From contig OX597819.1 in the NCBI GenBank assembly GCA_951406725.2, positions 114,266,001 to 114,330,000 on the forward strand: a DNA stretch of 64,000 nt. The letters are read 5' to 3'. The notes below the pieces were generated by a model. It had not been told where the DNA came from. It did no database searches and saw only the letters and a program-made list of their open reading frames with translations. A program made the position numbers and the translations under genes. Of this stretch, positions 12,689-26,409 are shown piece after piece. Source of the DNA: Octopus vulgaris. Its lineage: Eukaryota. The stretch's first letter is position 1; each line of letters starts with the position of its first letter.

Positions 12689-13583
12689 CTACCAGTGCCA
12701 CATAGAGAAGCAGCCGTACCAGTGCCACATAGAGAACACCCAGTACACTCTGTTAAGTGGTTGGCATTAGAAAGGGCATCCAGCTGCAGAAACATGCCCA
12801 AACAGACAGTTGGGGCCAGGTGCAGCTTTCTGGCTGGACAGCTCCTGTCAAACCCATGCCAGCATGGAAAACAGATGTTAAAAGATGATGACGGCAATGA
12901 CAGCGATGGTGGTGGTGGTGTGGTGGAGTGAAAGGGGTTGGGAGTGGAACAACTGCTCGATGTACAAGAAATGGACGTTCTTAAGTAGCAACAGTTGTAA
13001 TGTTATCGATAAAAATATTACTTCATATGAAAGAAACATGGGTGTGAGGAGAAGATCAATAAAAGATCAAGGAAGATTAGAAGAAGAAGAAGAAGAAGAA
13101 GAAGAAAAAAAAAGCAAGAACTGTATGCTAAGAACAAATAACGAAATGTCGTGGTTTATCCCATTCTATCTTCCTCCCACATTCTCTTTCATTATTGATT
13201 AAAAAGGTAAAATATCACAATCAAAGGTAACCTGTCGCAATTACAGCACTTATCTTATGTTTACCTTTTATTTTTTAGTAGGTGTACTATGGTTATCTCT
13301 TAGTGCCAAATGAGTCCCTGGTCCAGCTGTGACCAGCAAGCTTTATTCATCTGTTCTGCAAGTCTCTAGCTTCAAGTGTGTGTTTGTGCATTACTTAGTC
13401 ATTGGTCAATCCAAATTAAAGTAGAACTATGATGAAATGCCTGTCGCGGTACCTGATATCCTCACGGTCGTATCCCTACATGCCCTTCATCCATATCCAT
13501 CCGATATATTTCATTCTTAGGTAGTGGTGGTGGTGGCGGCAGATGATAGTGATGATGACGATGATGATGATGATGACAATGAC

Positions 13584-13620
<37 letters not shown>

Positions 13621-13954
13621 TTGTTGTTGTTGTTGTAGTTGTTGTTCAGGACTGTATTATTGAATTTGACTGTTCCATTGTTTAAGACAATGCGATGTGA
13701 TTTGAGGGAGGTTTACCTGCTATTTTTAGCGGAGAAAAAAACCATGTAGAAACACCAGTATTTTGAAATGATAGGTTTAATACATTGCCCCGTTTAAGAC
13801 CACCAGCTGGCCTTTGGGTACCTTTTGCAGAATACTCTCTGTTGCAAGAATTCAAACCAGATATTCAATCTGAATATAACTTCCTTCGTTTCTTTTGCCA
13901 GTCTCAGAGATCTTAAAAATGGTCACAATGGTGCTACACTTCCTCCTTTGGCTA

Positions 13955-14442
13955 TTCTTTTACTCTTTTACTTGTTTCAGTCATTTGACTGTGGCCATGC
14001 TGGAGCACCGCCTTTAGTCAAGCAAATCGACCCCAGGACTTATTCATTGTAAGCCTAGTACTTATTCTATCGGGGTCTTCTGCCGAAATCCTAAGTTATG
14101 TGGATGTAAACACACTAGCATCAGTTGTAAAGGGATGTTGGCGGGACAAATACAGACACACAAACACACACACACATATATATAGATATACATATATACG
14201 ACGGGCTTCTTTCAGTTTCCGTCTACCAAATCCATGACAAACACAGACACACAAACACACACACACACACACACACATATACAACAGGCTTCTTTTCAGT
14301 TTCTGTCTACCAAATCCATTCACAAGGCTTTGGCCAGCCCAAGGTTATAGTAGAAGACACTTGCCCAAGGTGCCACGCAGTGGGACTGAACTGGGAACCA
14401 TGTGGTTCATAAGCAAGCTACTTACCACACAGCCACTCCTAC
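13955..14442 (-). mobile_element. tRNA-derived SINE, family A, with an internal duplication
   Basis: Reverse copy; the ttcagtttc..ctaccaaatcca segment occurs twice. Confidence 0.8.
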
Positions 14443-14704
14443 GCTAGTTGACAAAAAAAATAAAATAAAATAATCCAGAACTAGATTACACAATGTGTAC
14501 TTTCCTTTAAATTTTACTGCTACTTCTAACTGATCAAGTGATTACACAGGGTGGAGGTTCCTTTATAATCATATATTTATGATTATCTTTTAACATGCAT
14601 TTTTTTAAAGGTTGCATGGGTTAGACAAGATTTGTTCAAGCAGATTTTCTACCACCAGATGCCTTTAATATTTCCACATGGCCAAACATGGTTTTAAAAG
14701 GAGA

Positions 14705-15052
14705 CTGGTGGCACGTAAAAAGCACCATCTGATTGTGGCCATTGCCAGCCTCGCCTGGCATGTAAAAAGCACCATCCAATCGTGGCCCTTGCCAGCCTCA
14801 CCTGGCCCCCGTGCCGGTGGCATGTAAAAAGCACCATCCTACCGTAGCCGTTTGCCAGCCCCGTCTGGCATGTTAAAAGCACCCACTACACTCATGGAGT
14901 GGTTGGCGTTAGGAAGGGCATCCAGCCGTAGAAACACTGCCAGATCAGACTGAGCCTGGTGCAGCCTTCTGGCTTCCCAGACCCCTGTTGAACTGTCTAA
15001 CCCATGCTAGCATGGAAAGTGGACGCTAAATGATGATGATGATGATGATGAC
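14705..15052 (+). mobile_element. Meta-SINE-like element with internal tandem repeats
   Basis: Repeated gtaaaaagcaccatc units, then the core and (GAT)n tail. Confidence 0.8.
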
Positions 15053-15154
15053 TGGAAATGAGCAACATCCCTTGCATGGCAGTGATGCTCATTTTACAAT
15101 CATCACATGATAAGAAAACAAGGGTACAGAAATACACATACACACACATAAATA

Positions 15155-15185
<31 letters not shown>

Positions 15186-15193
15186 AGGAATAG

Positions 15194-15402
15194 GCGGCGA
15201 GCTGGCAGACTTGTTAGCACGCCGGGCGAAATGCTTAGCAGTATTTCATCTGCTGTTACGTTCTGAGTGCAAATTCCGCCAAGGTCGACTTTGCCTTTCA
15301 TCCATTCGTGGTCGATAAATTAAGTACCAGTTGCATACTGGGGTCGATCTAATCGACTGGCCTCTTCCCCAAAATATTTCAGGCCTTGTACCTAGAGTAA
15401 AA
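15194..15402 (+). mobile_element. tRNA-derived SINE, family B
   Basis: ggcgagctggcaga head and gcctttcatcc..gtcgataaattaagtaccag domain. Confidence 0.85.
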
Positions 15403-16170
15403 AAAATGTGTGTATATAGGAAGGGCTTTGTCATTAGCCATAGAAACCATACCAAATCAGACTGGAATCTAGTCAAGCCATCCAGCTCATACTAGGATGG
15501 TAAACAATTATCAGCTCCATTTTCAATCCTCTTAGCCTCACCTCCATTCTCTTAGAAACACCAACATAATGCATTAGATGTAGGCCACTATGTTTTTGTA
15601 CTAAAACACCACTGTTCTCTTACTATAAAGTTCTGTAAACTCATCATTCCGGTCAAAGTTATTTGTTACCAGTTTTCACCAGATGTCACTGTGTGTCTCC
15701 CTTGAAAGTACTCTAAGATGTAATTATCTGTGATCCGTCATCTAATCCGCAGTCCTTAGTCTGATTTTATTATCTCCCCACTCTTCCCTCTCATACACAT
15801 TTACACATTTAGGTCTTCTCAGAGAGATTTGTGGTTGGCCAGTTTTCGTTCATACTCTTTACTCCCACTTTTACTGGTCTCTAATCCTTTTTCAGATAAT
15901 CTTTTATATCTTCAATAAGATTTGTAAAACTTCATCTGTACATACATATATACATACATAAATACACAAACACACACACGCACGCACACACACACACACA
16001 CTCACACACGCACACGCACGCACACACACACACACTATATTTTTTGGATTTTAAATACCTTTTCTTTACTACGTTGCTACTTAACAGGTGGCCTGTTAAA
16101 ATAAATTCTAATCAAAAGAGACAACACACACACACACACACACGCACGCACACACGCACACACACACACA

Positions 16171-16203
<33 letters not shown>

Positions 16204-16706
16204 GCATGTGTACATACACATGTGCCTGCCTATCTACTTACATACTTACCTATGTACCTTCCTGCCTACTTACATATATACACACTTTCAATTTGTTCTA
16301 TCTGTAAAGCTTTGTCTGTCTGTCTGTATGTTTGACTAAGTGTCTGGCTGCGTGTTATATACATCTGGCAATTCATCTATCTCTTTATCCACCCAACAGA
16401 TAGATAAAACAGTAGTTCTATCTGTCTGTATATCTCTCTGTGGGTTTATCTATCTGATTATCTATATTTCTACATATAATCTCATTTTGTATATTATATA
16501 TCTTAGAGCAATAAATTACTGGAATAAGTATCTTACATGGAAACAAGTAGGGGCTGGTCTTAAAAAAAGCATCTGGCTTCAGAAAACTGCCTCAAAACAT
16601 TTCATACAACTCATGTCAACATGAAAAATGAGACTGTTTAAATAATATTAATGCATGCAAAATCTTAATTTTGTGAGTGTACTACACATGTGTATATGTG
16701 TATGTA

Positions 16707-16795
<89 letters not shown>

Positions 16796-17129
16796 GCCTA
16801 TCTATCTATCTACACACTCACACACACACACACACATACACACACACACAAAATTCTTTGTGGTTGAGGATGATTGTCAACCAGATTAAATTTAACAGAC
16901 CTGTGTGTGACTATATGGACCAATGGATTGAGTTTACATGTGAAAATATATATTTAAATGGTATTTTTACTGGTCAAACAATATATCTCTACTTGTATTT
17001 AAATCCAATATCGATAGACAAATGGAGTACTTTTAATACACATGAACTCATTCCACTAACTACATGGCAAAGGTTACAGAAAAATTAGAAATATAGAATG
17101 GTTGATGAAGACTAAACAGCAAACAGAAA

Positions 17130-17815
17130 AGCTTGTCAAGAAGGCTGAGGGTGTCTTGGCATCACTCACCAAATCCTTTGTGAGCCGCTCTCCGGCTATC
17201 TATCTATATAGCTATGGTAAGACCTCACCTGGAATTTGCATCACCGGTCTGGAACCCCTATCTTGCCCAGGACATCAATTGTCTGGAAGCTGTTCAGCGA
17301 CGTGCAACCAAAAGAATACCCTCCATCAGGCATTTGCCATATCCTGAACGCCTTACTTCCCTGGGCATGGACACATTGAAACTCCGACGTCTGGCAGCTA
17401 ACTTGGCAGACACCCATAAAATTATCAACCATCGCACAAACAATAACTCTGAGCACCTCTTCAAACTCCACCCATCTAACACCCGTGGACATATTTACAA
17501 AGTAAGAAAACAGCACAGCTCCCATGACTTCAGGAAACATTTTTTCACGCTGAGAGTTGCTGAAGCGTGGAACAAACTGCCGGCATCGGTTGTTAGTTGT
17601 CGGAGCACTGCATCCTTCAAGACTTCCATGCTTCCTGAGATTCGCCAACACTACACTTGATTTTCTCCCCTCCATACACACACAAGCATGTTCACTTTCC
17701 AGACATTTCTACATTATTGCATGTACTTTATATGCACTTTCTGACAAGTTGTGGTGCACCTGAGCACTGTATACAATAATTTCATTATTATTATTATTAT
17801 ATTATTATTATTATT
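17130..17815 (+). mobile_element. CR1-clade LINE 3' end with (ATT)n tail
   Basis: MVRPHLEFASPVWNPYL..LEAVQRRATK..YPERL..TRGH..FFTLRVAEAWNKLP, a typical CR1 ORF2 C-terminus. Confidence 0.9.
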
Positions 17816-18001
17816 ATATTAAAGGTGACTCCAAATGCACAGTAACATACAGATAAATAGGTACATGTTTGGTTCTCTTTATTCAGTTTCTTTTAAGCCC
17901 ACTATGCATTTGTAAGGACTCCTTCTGATGTCTTAACATTCATTGCTCTTGAGGCAATAATAAAGAAATTATCATCATCGTCATTATTGTTATTATTATT
18001 T

Positions 18002-18553
18002 AGTGAGAGAGCAGTGCATGCCATCAAAGTGACACTGGGTTAAAATATACAAAGCCCAGTATACCCATCATGACTACCCATCTTATAAGGGTACACCAGG
18101 CACATGCATCACAACCATGTGTGCATGACATAGTGATCTAATATCAAGATAAACAGTGCATGACCTTGCAGGTGTGATCCAGTTAGAATTTTTTTCAGGT
18201 TGAGTAGCCCATACCACTCAAAAGATCCCTGGATAATCTTTGTTTAAGGATGTTGAATGAAACACCCCTGTTTCCAGAGGTGAATTATTCAAACCCCAAA
18301 GAATTCTTCTCAACACATGGCTATAATGTTCACCCACTACTTCTGCTTGTGATCAGAGATGCACATATCGTCAGCCACTAAGGGACCTGCTCAACTGGTT
18401 ATGGTCAAACAACTGACAAGCAAATTTGTAGTATTGAGCAGAATATTTGCTGCAGCCCATCTTTCATACCAAGACATAACCTATACATAATAGCACTTCC
18501 AACCTGTTAAGATCAAAAGCTATGCGAGCCACTGTCTGGTACTGCATCAGGGC
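18002..18553 (-). mobile_element. Non-coding ~555-bp element inserted in (TTA)n
   Basis: Colinear, full-length homologue of 57543-58098. Strand is assumed. Confidence 0.7.
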
Positions 18554-18589
18554 AGTTGTTGTTGTTGTTGTTGTTGTTATTATTATTAT

Positions 18590-20026
18590 TTTTTCTCTTT
18601 ATCACAGGTTTTATTGGAGATCCTGGAGTCTTGCATGCATAGCAGGCTTACTACCTGCATCCTACAGTACCATACTATTTGTTCTTTTCAGCTATCTAAT
18701 ACCTTCCTGATTATTCTGGCCATGCCAAGGAGGCAAACCTTTTGTAACATTTCTACTGGACACTCTATTCCAATTTCCTTTATATCCCTCTTGATGCCTT
18801 CTGATACTGTCCCCAAGGACCCAACAATAATTGGCACTATCTTCACCTTCATTTTCCATAGCCTGGCTTTTCATACTTAAGAGGGTTGTATCTCTCAATC
18901 TTTTGACATGCAACGTCAACTATATAGCATATGTGGTGCACCTTGTCCACCACCACTAGGTCCAGTCTATTATGCTCTAGGACCTGATCTGTTTGGATTG
19001 GAAAATACCAGAGAATTTGCTAGTCTTCAATTCTGCCATTCCCTGCAGTTTGTGCTCATACCACATTTTTGCCCCTCTCTAACCCCCACTTTTCGCACAG
19101 TTTCCAATGTAGCACTTTCACTACCTGGTCATGTCACCATTACTTGTAGTGGTTTTGGGCAAGTTTAAGGCATTCTTTCGTGATATAGGCAATGGTTTCA
19201 TCCACTCTATTGCAGATGTGGCACAGAGGAGACATTTGCTCATTCCTCAGGTTGACCTTACAGTTCTTGGCCAGAGCTTGGTCCTGCACTGCAGTATAGT
19301 GCTCTCAGCCTCTTTTTTTAAGGTTCCTTTCATCTGCCAATCCCACTATTTTTTCCAGCAACTTCAGTTGTGGCTACATGGAATTGACTGTGTAGTTCCT
19401 TCTTGCGTAATTCTTCTTCATGTCCTTTGTTTTCCCTTTTTTCTCTGCTCTCAATACTCCTTCGTTCCTAACTGTCACTAGCAAGGTTTCCTTACTTTGG
19501 GCTAGGTATCTCATTAAACTCTCAAGTTCAATACATACAGTCTTCCACACTTATCAGTCCCCTTCCTCCATTTACTCCCTTCAAGTCTAAGCGATCAGTG
19601 TCTGCATGGGGATAATGAGTTCCATGCATCATTAAGAGCTTTCTTGACTTCCTGTCTATCTCCTTTAGCTCCTTCCTCCTCTGTCCACTTACGGATCCCA
19701 GTGCCATACCAAACTACTGCGCCTGCATGCAAGTTTATTACTGAAATTATATTTCTGGTATTGAGCTTTGAAGCCAATATTTTTCTCACTCACTGCAGGT
19801 ACTCTCTTTTTGTCTTTTCCTTCATGTTGTGGTGTTTGATTCCATCTGCCTCAAGTATTCCCAGGTATTTATAACTGGATTGAGGTTGAATTGCCTCCAT
19901 CATTTCTCCACTTGGCAACCTTATACCTTCTATCCTGGCAAACTTTCCTCATCTCATCACGATCATAGCACATTTTGAGAGTTCAAACTCCATCTTAATA
20001 CCATTGGAGAAAATCTGCACAGGTTG
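18590..20026 (-). mobile_element. R4/Dong-clade (RLE endonuclease) non-LTR retrotransposon, 5'-truncated
   Basis: Minus strand gives YKYLGILEADGIKH, RKILASKLNTRNII, REGGRGLISVED-like and the C-terminal WKMKVKIVPIIVGSLGTVS..LQKVCLLGMARIIRKVL. (TTA)n on both sides. Confidence 0.8.
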
Positions 20027-20055
20027 TACTATTATTATTATTATTGTCGTCGTCG

Positions 20056-20115
<60 letters not shown>

Positions 20116-20214
20116 TTATTATTGCTGTTATTATTTTCGTTCATTGATTTCTGTTTACCACTTGTAATGATTATTAACGATGTCTAAATTGCTGATTTTT
20201 AAATATCTTTCCAG

Positions 20215-20358
20215 AGGAGGAACTAGAAGGATTCATAAACATCATAGTGACAGCTGCCAACCGAGGTGTCTTTGCTGCAAAGAACATCACTATCTATGAA
20301 CCGAACTGGAGTTTTGGCCAGTCACTGTTTTTTGCAACTACCGTACTTACCACCATAG
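20215..20358 (+). CDS. KCNK1: Two-pore-domain K+ channel, TWIK/KCNK1-like; internal exon (cap helix, pore helix 1)
   Basis: tttccag|AG GAG GAA..ACC ATA G|gtaagt; 144 nt, phase 1-1. Translates EELEGFINIIVTAANRGVFAAKNITIYEPNWSFGQSLFFATTVLTTIG. The symbol marks the subfamily, not proven 1:1 orthology. Confidence 0.93.
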
Positions 20359-20439
20359 GTAAGTGATTTTGATGCATGTCTACCTATTTGGATATGGTTT
20401 TTCAGAGTATCCACAGCACCATTATTATCATCATCAGCA

Positions 20440-20765
20440 TAGCTCAGTGGTTAGAGCATTGAGCTTACGATCGTGAGGTTGTGAGTTCGATTCCTGGACC
20501 GGGCTGCATGTTGTATTCTTGAGCAAGACACTTTATTTCACTTTGCTCCAGTTTACTCAGCTGTAGAAATGAGTTGCGACATCACTGGTGCCAATCTGTA
20601 TCGGCCTTTGCTTTTCCCTTGGATAACATCAGCGATGTGGAGAGAAGAGGCTGGTATGCATGGACAACTGCTGGCCTTCCACAAAGAACCTTGCCCGGAC
20701 TTGTGTCTCAGAGGGTAACTTTCTAGGTGCAATCCCATGGTCATTCATGACCGAAGGGGGTCTCC
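20440..20765 (+). mobile_element. tRNA-derived SINE (third family)
   Basis: tagctcagtggttagagc A box, gagttcgattcc B box, ttgagcaagacactt core. Confidence 0.75.
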
Positions 20766-21177
20766 TCTTCCATTATCATAACTATCATCATCATCGTCAT
20801 CATCACAATTTTTATGTCTGTTGTTTCTTTGCCGGGTTGGGATGACTAAGTGAAGGCAAGCGGACTAGTGGTTAGGGTGTTGCACTCACAGTCCCAAGAT
20901 CATAGTCTTGATTCCTGGACCAGGTGGTATGTTGTGTTCTTGAGCATTTAATGTTTCTCGTGTTCAGCTGTAAATGAGTAACCCTGCAATTGACTGGCAT
21001 CCCATTTAGAAAAAAATGTTGTGATCTTGGTCACTTATACACCGTGCAAACCAGGTAGCCAGCCCTATGAGGCCTAGGACTTGACACAGTAATGTTCAGG
21101 GCTGGGTTGATGATGGGAAGACTGATACAAGGCTCAGTGGTTGTCACTGTTATGTATCATATATAAAATTTATGAAT

Positions 21178-21570
21178 AGGCGTAGGAGTGGCTGTGTAGT
21201 AAGTAGCTTGCTAACCAACCACATGGTTCTGGGTTCAGTCCCACAGCGTGGCACCTTGGGCAAGTGTCTTCTACTATAGCCTCGGGCTGACCAAAGTCTT
21301 GAGAGTAGATTTGGTAAACGGAAACTGAAAGAAGCCCATCATATATATGTATGTGTGTGTGTGTTTGTTGTGTGTCTGTGTTTGTTCCCCCCGACATCAC
21401 TTGACAACCGATGCTGGTGTGTTTATGTCCCAGTAACTAAGCTGTTCAGCAAAAGAGACCGATAGAATAAGTACTAGGCTTACAAAGAATAAGTTCTAGG
21501 GTCGATTTGCTCGACTAAAGGCAGTGCTCCAGCATGGCCACAGTCAAATGACTGAAACAAGTAAAAGAGT
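21178..21570 (+). mobile_element. tRNA-derived SINE, family A
   Basis: Same family as 7338-7795. Confidence 0.85.
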
Positions 21571-22944
21571 ATGTTATCAAGATAGTACCCCATTTTCACT
21601 ATGGCTTGAAATGCCTGGGAGAAATTATGAAAATTTCTGATGCTTTTGACTGCAAAGGAGAGCATTTCTGTTCTCATATGAAAGGAAAGTTTCATATAGG
21701 AATCACTGTGAGATAAGGAATAATACTGAAAGTAGAGCAGCAAATAAAGAGGGTCTCTGTTATCACTGAGTTAATTGCATTGTAAAATGAATGTACAAAT
21801 GTTAACATACAAGAAAAGTTACATGTAAATAATGTATTGCCTTGTGGGCCAATGGCCATCCAGCTGGAGAAGGCAATGACAAACCACCCTAATATCTCTG
21901 TTAAGAAAACACTATGGAAAAGTCAAAACGAAGTAATGCTATGATTTCATCTGACAAGAGAACCTGTGCTTAATTGGGAAGACTTGATGTCTATATATGT
22001 GTATGTGTAACATGTAAAGAAGACATGGCTGAGTGTATATGATATTGAACTATACTAATTCATGGTTCACTGACCAAAGCCTTGTGAGTGCATTTGGTAG
22101 ATGGAAACTGAAAGAAGCCCATCGTATGGTTCACATACATTGTAGATTGTTTCATTTAAGTATTTTCACAGCACATTTAAGACTATGTACCTCAGTTTCC
22201 TCAGCTATCTTGACAATATTCATAGTGCCATGAAAAATAGTTCATCTTGTTATTTGGAAATCTGTAGCAAACAAGCTTACTCTCAAGGGGGATAGTTATT
22301 CAGTATTTCCCTAATGTCACAAACTGGTTCATATAAATATCCTAGTGCTTGACTATATGTATAAATAATAAATGTGCCCTTTTAAAGCCTAGTTTCAATG
22401 GCATATGTGTTCATCAGCTGGATGGGATGCCAGTCCATCACAGCGTTACTCATTTTTGCCAGCTGAGTGGACTGGAACAACATGAAATGAAGTGTTTTGC
22501 TCAAGAACACAACGCGTCACCCGGTCCAAGAGTCGAAACCACAATCTTACGATCATGATGTTGACACTCTAACCACTAAGCCACGCGCCTTCACACTTGA
22601 CTATATGTAATGTACCCATATTTGATGGCATAAAAACGACATATGGGCATATTAGACATACCCCAATTTCAGTAACACGTATTCAGAGAAAAGAGACACT
22701 ACTTTGCATACAGGACCTGGGGTGATATTTTTATGGAATTTTTGAGGGGAAAAATTGTGTCTTATATACCATTAAATATGGAAAATCCATTTTCTTTTAC
22801 TTAGACATGCATACAAATTAAATTAAATAAATTTCAAGTTGACATCAGCAATAAGTATTCCAATTATTTAATCAATTTATTGAATCTTTGTGTTAATGGT
22901 TATTGTTAAGTCAGAGATGTCATCTCAGTCTGATGTGACTTGCT

Positions 22945-23210
22945 ACTGGCACCATGTAAACCAGTACCACCTGCTCCATAGTCAGGCGGTTGGTGACTAA
23001 ACTGGATCCCCCACTTGAATAGCTTGCTACTCTTGTGAATCCAGCAGAACTAAAAACCTGAGCTCCTTGTGTACCAATGGCCATCTAGTTGCGGAAGGTA
23101 ATGGCAAACCATTTCAATATCTCTGTAAAGAAAACACTATGAGAAAGTCAGAACAAAGTGATGCTATGGTTTCATCAGACTAAACCTGTGCTTAATTGGA
23201 AAGACTTTTG
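22945..23210 (+). mobile_element. RTE/BovB-type 5' UTR-derived repeat
   Basis: ggaaggtaatggcaaaccatttcaatatc..aagaaaac resembles the conserved RTE/Bov-A motif; a second copy lies at about 21840-21990. Confidence 0.5.
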
Positions 23211-23787
23211 ATGTATTGTTATCAATCCACTGCAAAAAGCATATGATATGATGATGATGAGTGTTAGTGGTTAAGGATACTTGTATTCTTGACATAGTCT
23301 TCAGGTAGAATGAAACTGACAATGTGTGGGACAAAGCTGGACTTCTTTGGATGATCTTCAGTACCTCTGTCCCCGTACCATTCACAAGGCTTGGATTGGT
23401 ATAAGGCTCTGCTAGAAGATACTTCCCAAGAGTAAGATTGAGCCTGGAATCTATTAATTGCTAACTGAAATTCTTAACCATTTTGTCATCTCTGCAGTAA
23501 GCAAATAGGAGCTTCTACAAAGTTGCTTGATGTGCTAGATAGAGCAGTCAAATCTCCCTAAAATCATTTCCTATCATTTTGAAAAAGGAAGCAAATGCTG
23601 GATTATGATATGTTAGATACACTAAGTCTGAATAAAAGGTAGGAGAGTCATGGTTGGAGCACATTCAATCACAAGTGTGCTATGTCAGGACTGAACTGGA
23701 GCTAATCAATAACAACACACACACACATTTATACATACATACTTAAGATGTGTAAGTTATTTTCTTTTCTTTTTTTTACCTTTTCAG

Positions 23788-24186
23788 GTTATGGTCGAGT
23801 GACTCCGCTGTCAGATGTTGGCAAAGGATTCTGTATAATCTACGCTCTGATTGGCATCCCTTTGACCCTCATCATGTTCACGGCATTAGTTGAACGACTG
23901 ATGATCCCAGTCACAGCGTTGCTGCACTGGATGCTACAGAAACTTGGTCACCTGTATCGTGTCTTTCACATCCGGATGTTGCACCTGATGCTTGTTGGCA
24001 TAATCATCATTACACTGTTCTTCCTCATTCCGTCTGCCATTTTCTCAGTCCTTGAACCAAACTGGAACTACCTGGATGGATTCTATTACTGTTTTATATC
24101 GCTCACAACCATCGGTCTTGGAGATTACATTCCTGGAGACAGTCCTGACCAGAGGTACCGAGCTGTCTACAAAGTGGCCATTACAG
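23788..24186 (+). CDS. KCNK1: TWIK/KCNK1-like K2P channel exon (filter 1, M2, M3, P2)
   Basis: ttttcag|GT TAT GGT..ATT ACA G|gtatat; 399 nt, phase 1-1. GYGRVTPLSDVGKGFCIIYALIGIPLTL..WNYLDGFYYCFISLTTIGLGDYIPG; the GLG second filter is typical of TWIK. Confidence 0.95.
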
Positions 24187-25605
24187 GTATATCACACCTT
24201 AATCCTTTCATTATTATATTCCTAGCAAAATACACCGCCTATGCATTTCATTTCATTTTGAAAAATACTCAAGAATTTGTGTGGATTTATAAGTTGTGAT
24301 TCAGGGGGTATTTTAAAATTTTAATTCTAAAGGAACTTCTGAAACATTTTGTCATAGTATAATAACTATTATAAAAGGCGGTGAGCTGGCAGAAACGTTA
24401 GCACACCGGGCAAAATGCTTAGCAGTATTTCGTCTGTCTTTACGTTCTGAGTTCAAATTCCGCCAAGGTTGACTTTGCCTTTCATCCTTTCGGGATTGAT
24501 AAATTAAGTACCAATTGCAAACTGGTGTCGATCTAATTGACTACTCCCCTAGCCAAAAAAAATTTGGGGCCTTATGCCTAGAGCAGAAAAAAAAATAATA
24601 ATAATAACTATTATAAAGATGGGGGTGGGTGCACAACTGAACAAAAGATTCTTACTCTGATGTAAGAATCAGATCTAAATATAAGCACTTGAAAATGGAG
24701 GGTTTGTCATTACAGAGCCAGGGGTGATCTCAGGCATATTGATATCAAAAGAGTTGAACTAGCTTTTTGTTGTTAGCTATGATATACTTTAACTGTGATA
24801 TTCTTTAACTATGATATACTTTAACTATGAGGACACTGGCTTTATCTGTGTGTTAGAATTGTTAGGATTTTTTGAAGAGATCAAGTACAGACATTCTACA
24901 TTGAGCTAACACAATGAATGGATGTGTAGATATATTAGACATTAATGACTATACAACCATTGAATACTGAAAAACACACACTCAACACTGACACATAGTG
25001 TATAACCATTGAAGGCTGATACACTTCACACTATAACCAGACAATACACAGATAGACGGACACATACTTCCAGACAACAGTATTAGTTTCACACAGACGC
25101 ACGCACGCACGCGCATTTTCATAAGCAGGCAACTCTGATGTATGCGACCTTGATATCTTAAATGCACCTCAACATTCTGAGTTCAAATTCTGCTGGAACT
25201 GAATTTTAGAAAATTCATTCCACAGATGTCATTAAAGTTTCAGCCTTTGGTTTGCACCTTCAAAGATGTATGAAATAATAGATCCTTTACTTGAAAAGCA
25301 GGTATGGGTTAGTGACAGAAAGGACATCTTGCTGTAAAACGATGCTGAGATAATGTATTCGTTTATCTCATGCTATCGTAGAAAAAGAGGAGACTGAGAA
25401 GCACATATGGATGTGTGAGGGGAAATAATCATTGTGGAATTGTAGCGTTAGTTGTTTCCCTTGTTTGCAGCGTAATACGAAAATTAACTTAATGCAGATT
25501 TTCTACCTCTTTTGAAACTTCGAATATATATATTAGGAATAAAGTATAAATAGAGAAGAGAATGAAATAAAATAAATATGAGAATAAATGACATAAAATA
25601 TTTAA

Positions 25606-25838
25606 GACGGCGAGCTGGCAGAAACGTTAGCACGCCGGATGAAATGCTTAGCGGTATTTCGTCTGTCGTTACGTTGTGAGTTCAAATTCCGCCGAGGTTG
25701 ACTTTGCCTTTCATCCTTTCGGGGTCGATAAATTAAGTACCAGTTCCGGACTGGGGTCGATGTAATCGACTTAATACCTATGTCTGTCTTTGTTTGTCCC
25801 CTCTATGTTTAGCCCCTTGTTGGTAATAAAGAAATAGG
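25606..25838 (+). mobile_element. tRNA-derived SINE, family B
   Basis: Near full-length copy; another lies at 24377-24590. Confidence 0.85.
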
Positions 25839-26409
25839 TATAAAATGTTGGTATAAGGGAATACAATAGTGCTTGAAGCCAAATGTATGTTGTGTGTATA
25901 TAACTGTGTACTTTTACGTACACAGTTATATACACAGTGGTGTTTCATTTGCTTCTACTTTTTAAATAAAGCTCTATGCTATGCAAATCTTTCCTTGAAG
26001 GTATTTCCTGTTAATCCAACGTAAGTCTTTGGTGTGCTATCAACATTAGAAATGTAGGCTTGTAGCTCCTTCACATGGCATTTGTCGTTTCGAGAACTGC
26101 AGTCAAAGGATGTATAGTTACAAAATTGTGGATGGTGGTTCCTAACGCTTTTGTTATAGCTAAATATTTGTTAAGTCTATGTTGAGATGGCAACTATAGC
26201 TAACTTTTACAAGCTTTTGTTCAGTGTTTTGATGATGTCAATATCTCATTTGTAATTTCATATCAAAGCTGAAGTGTCATGTGTTATCGTAAATTCTGGT
26301 TAAGTAATTACTAATTTTCTTAACAAATTCTGTTAAAAGGAATTGCCTATCCACCTTCCCTGTGTTGTATAGTTTTTCTTCTAGTTCATTATTAACACAG
26401 ACACATACA

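Noticed and set aside
13279-13520. Possible missing K2P exon 1 (AG..GT bounded segment)
   Set aside because: The frame tested hits an early stop, and no M1-like hydrophobic helix is apparent.
20440-20505. tRNA-like A and B boxes
   Set aside because: No complete cloverleaf, and the sequence continues into a SINE body.
23748-24299. 183-aa ORF as a single-exon channel
   Set aside because: Both ends are intronic read-through; splice sites define 23788-24186.
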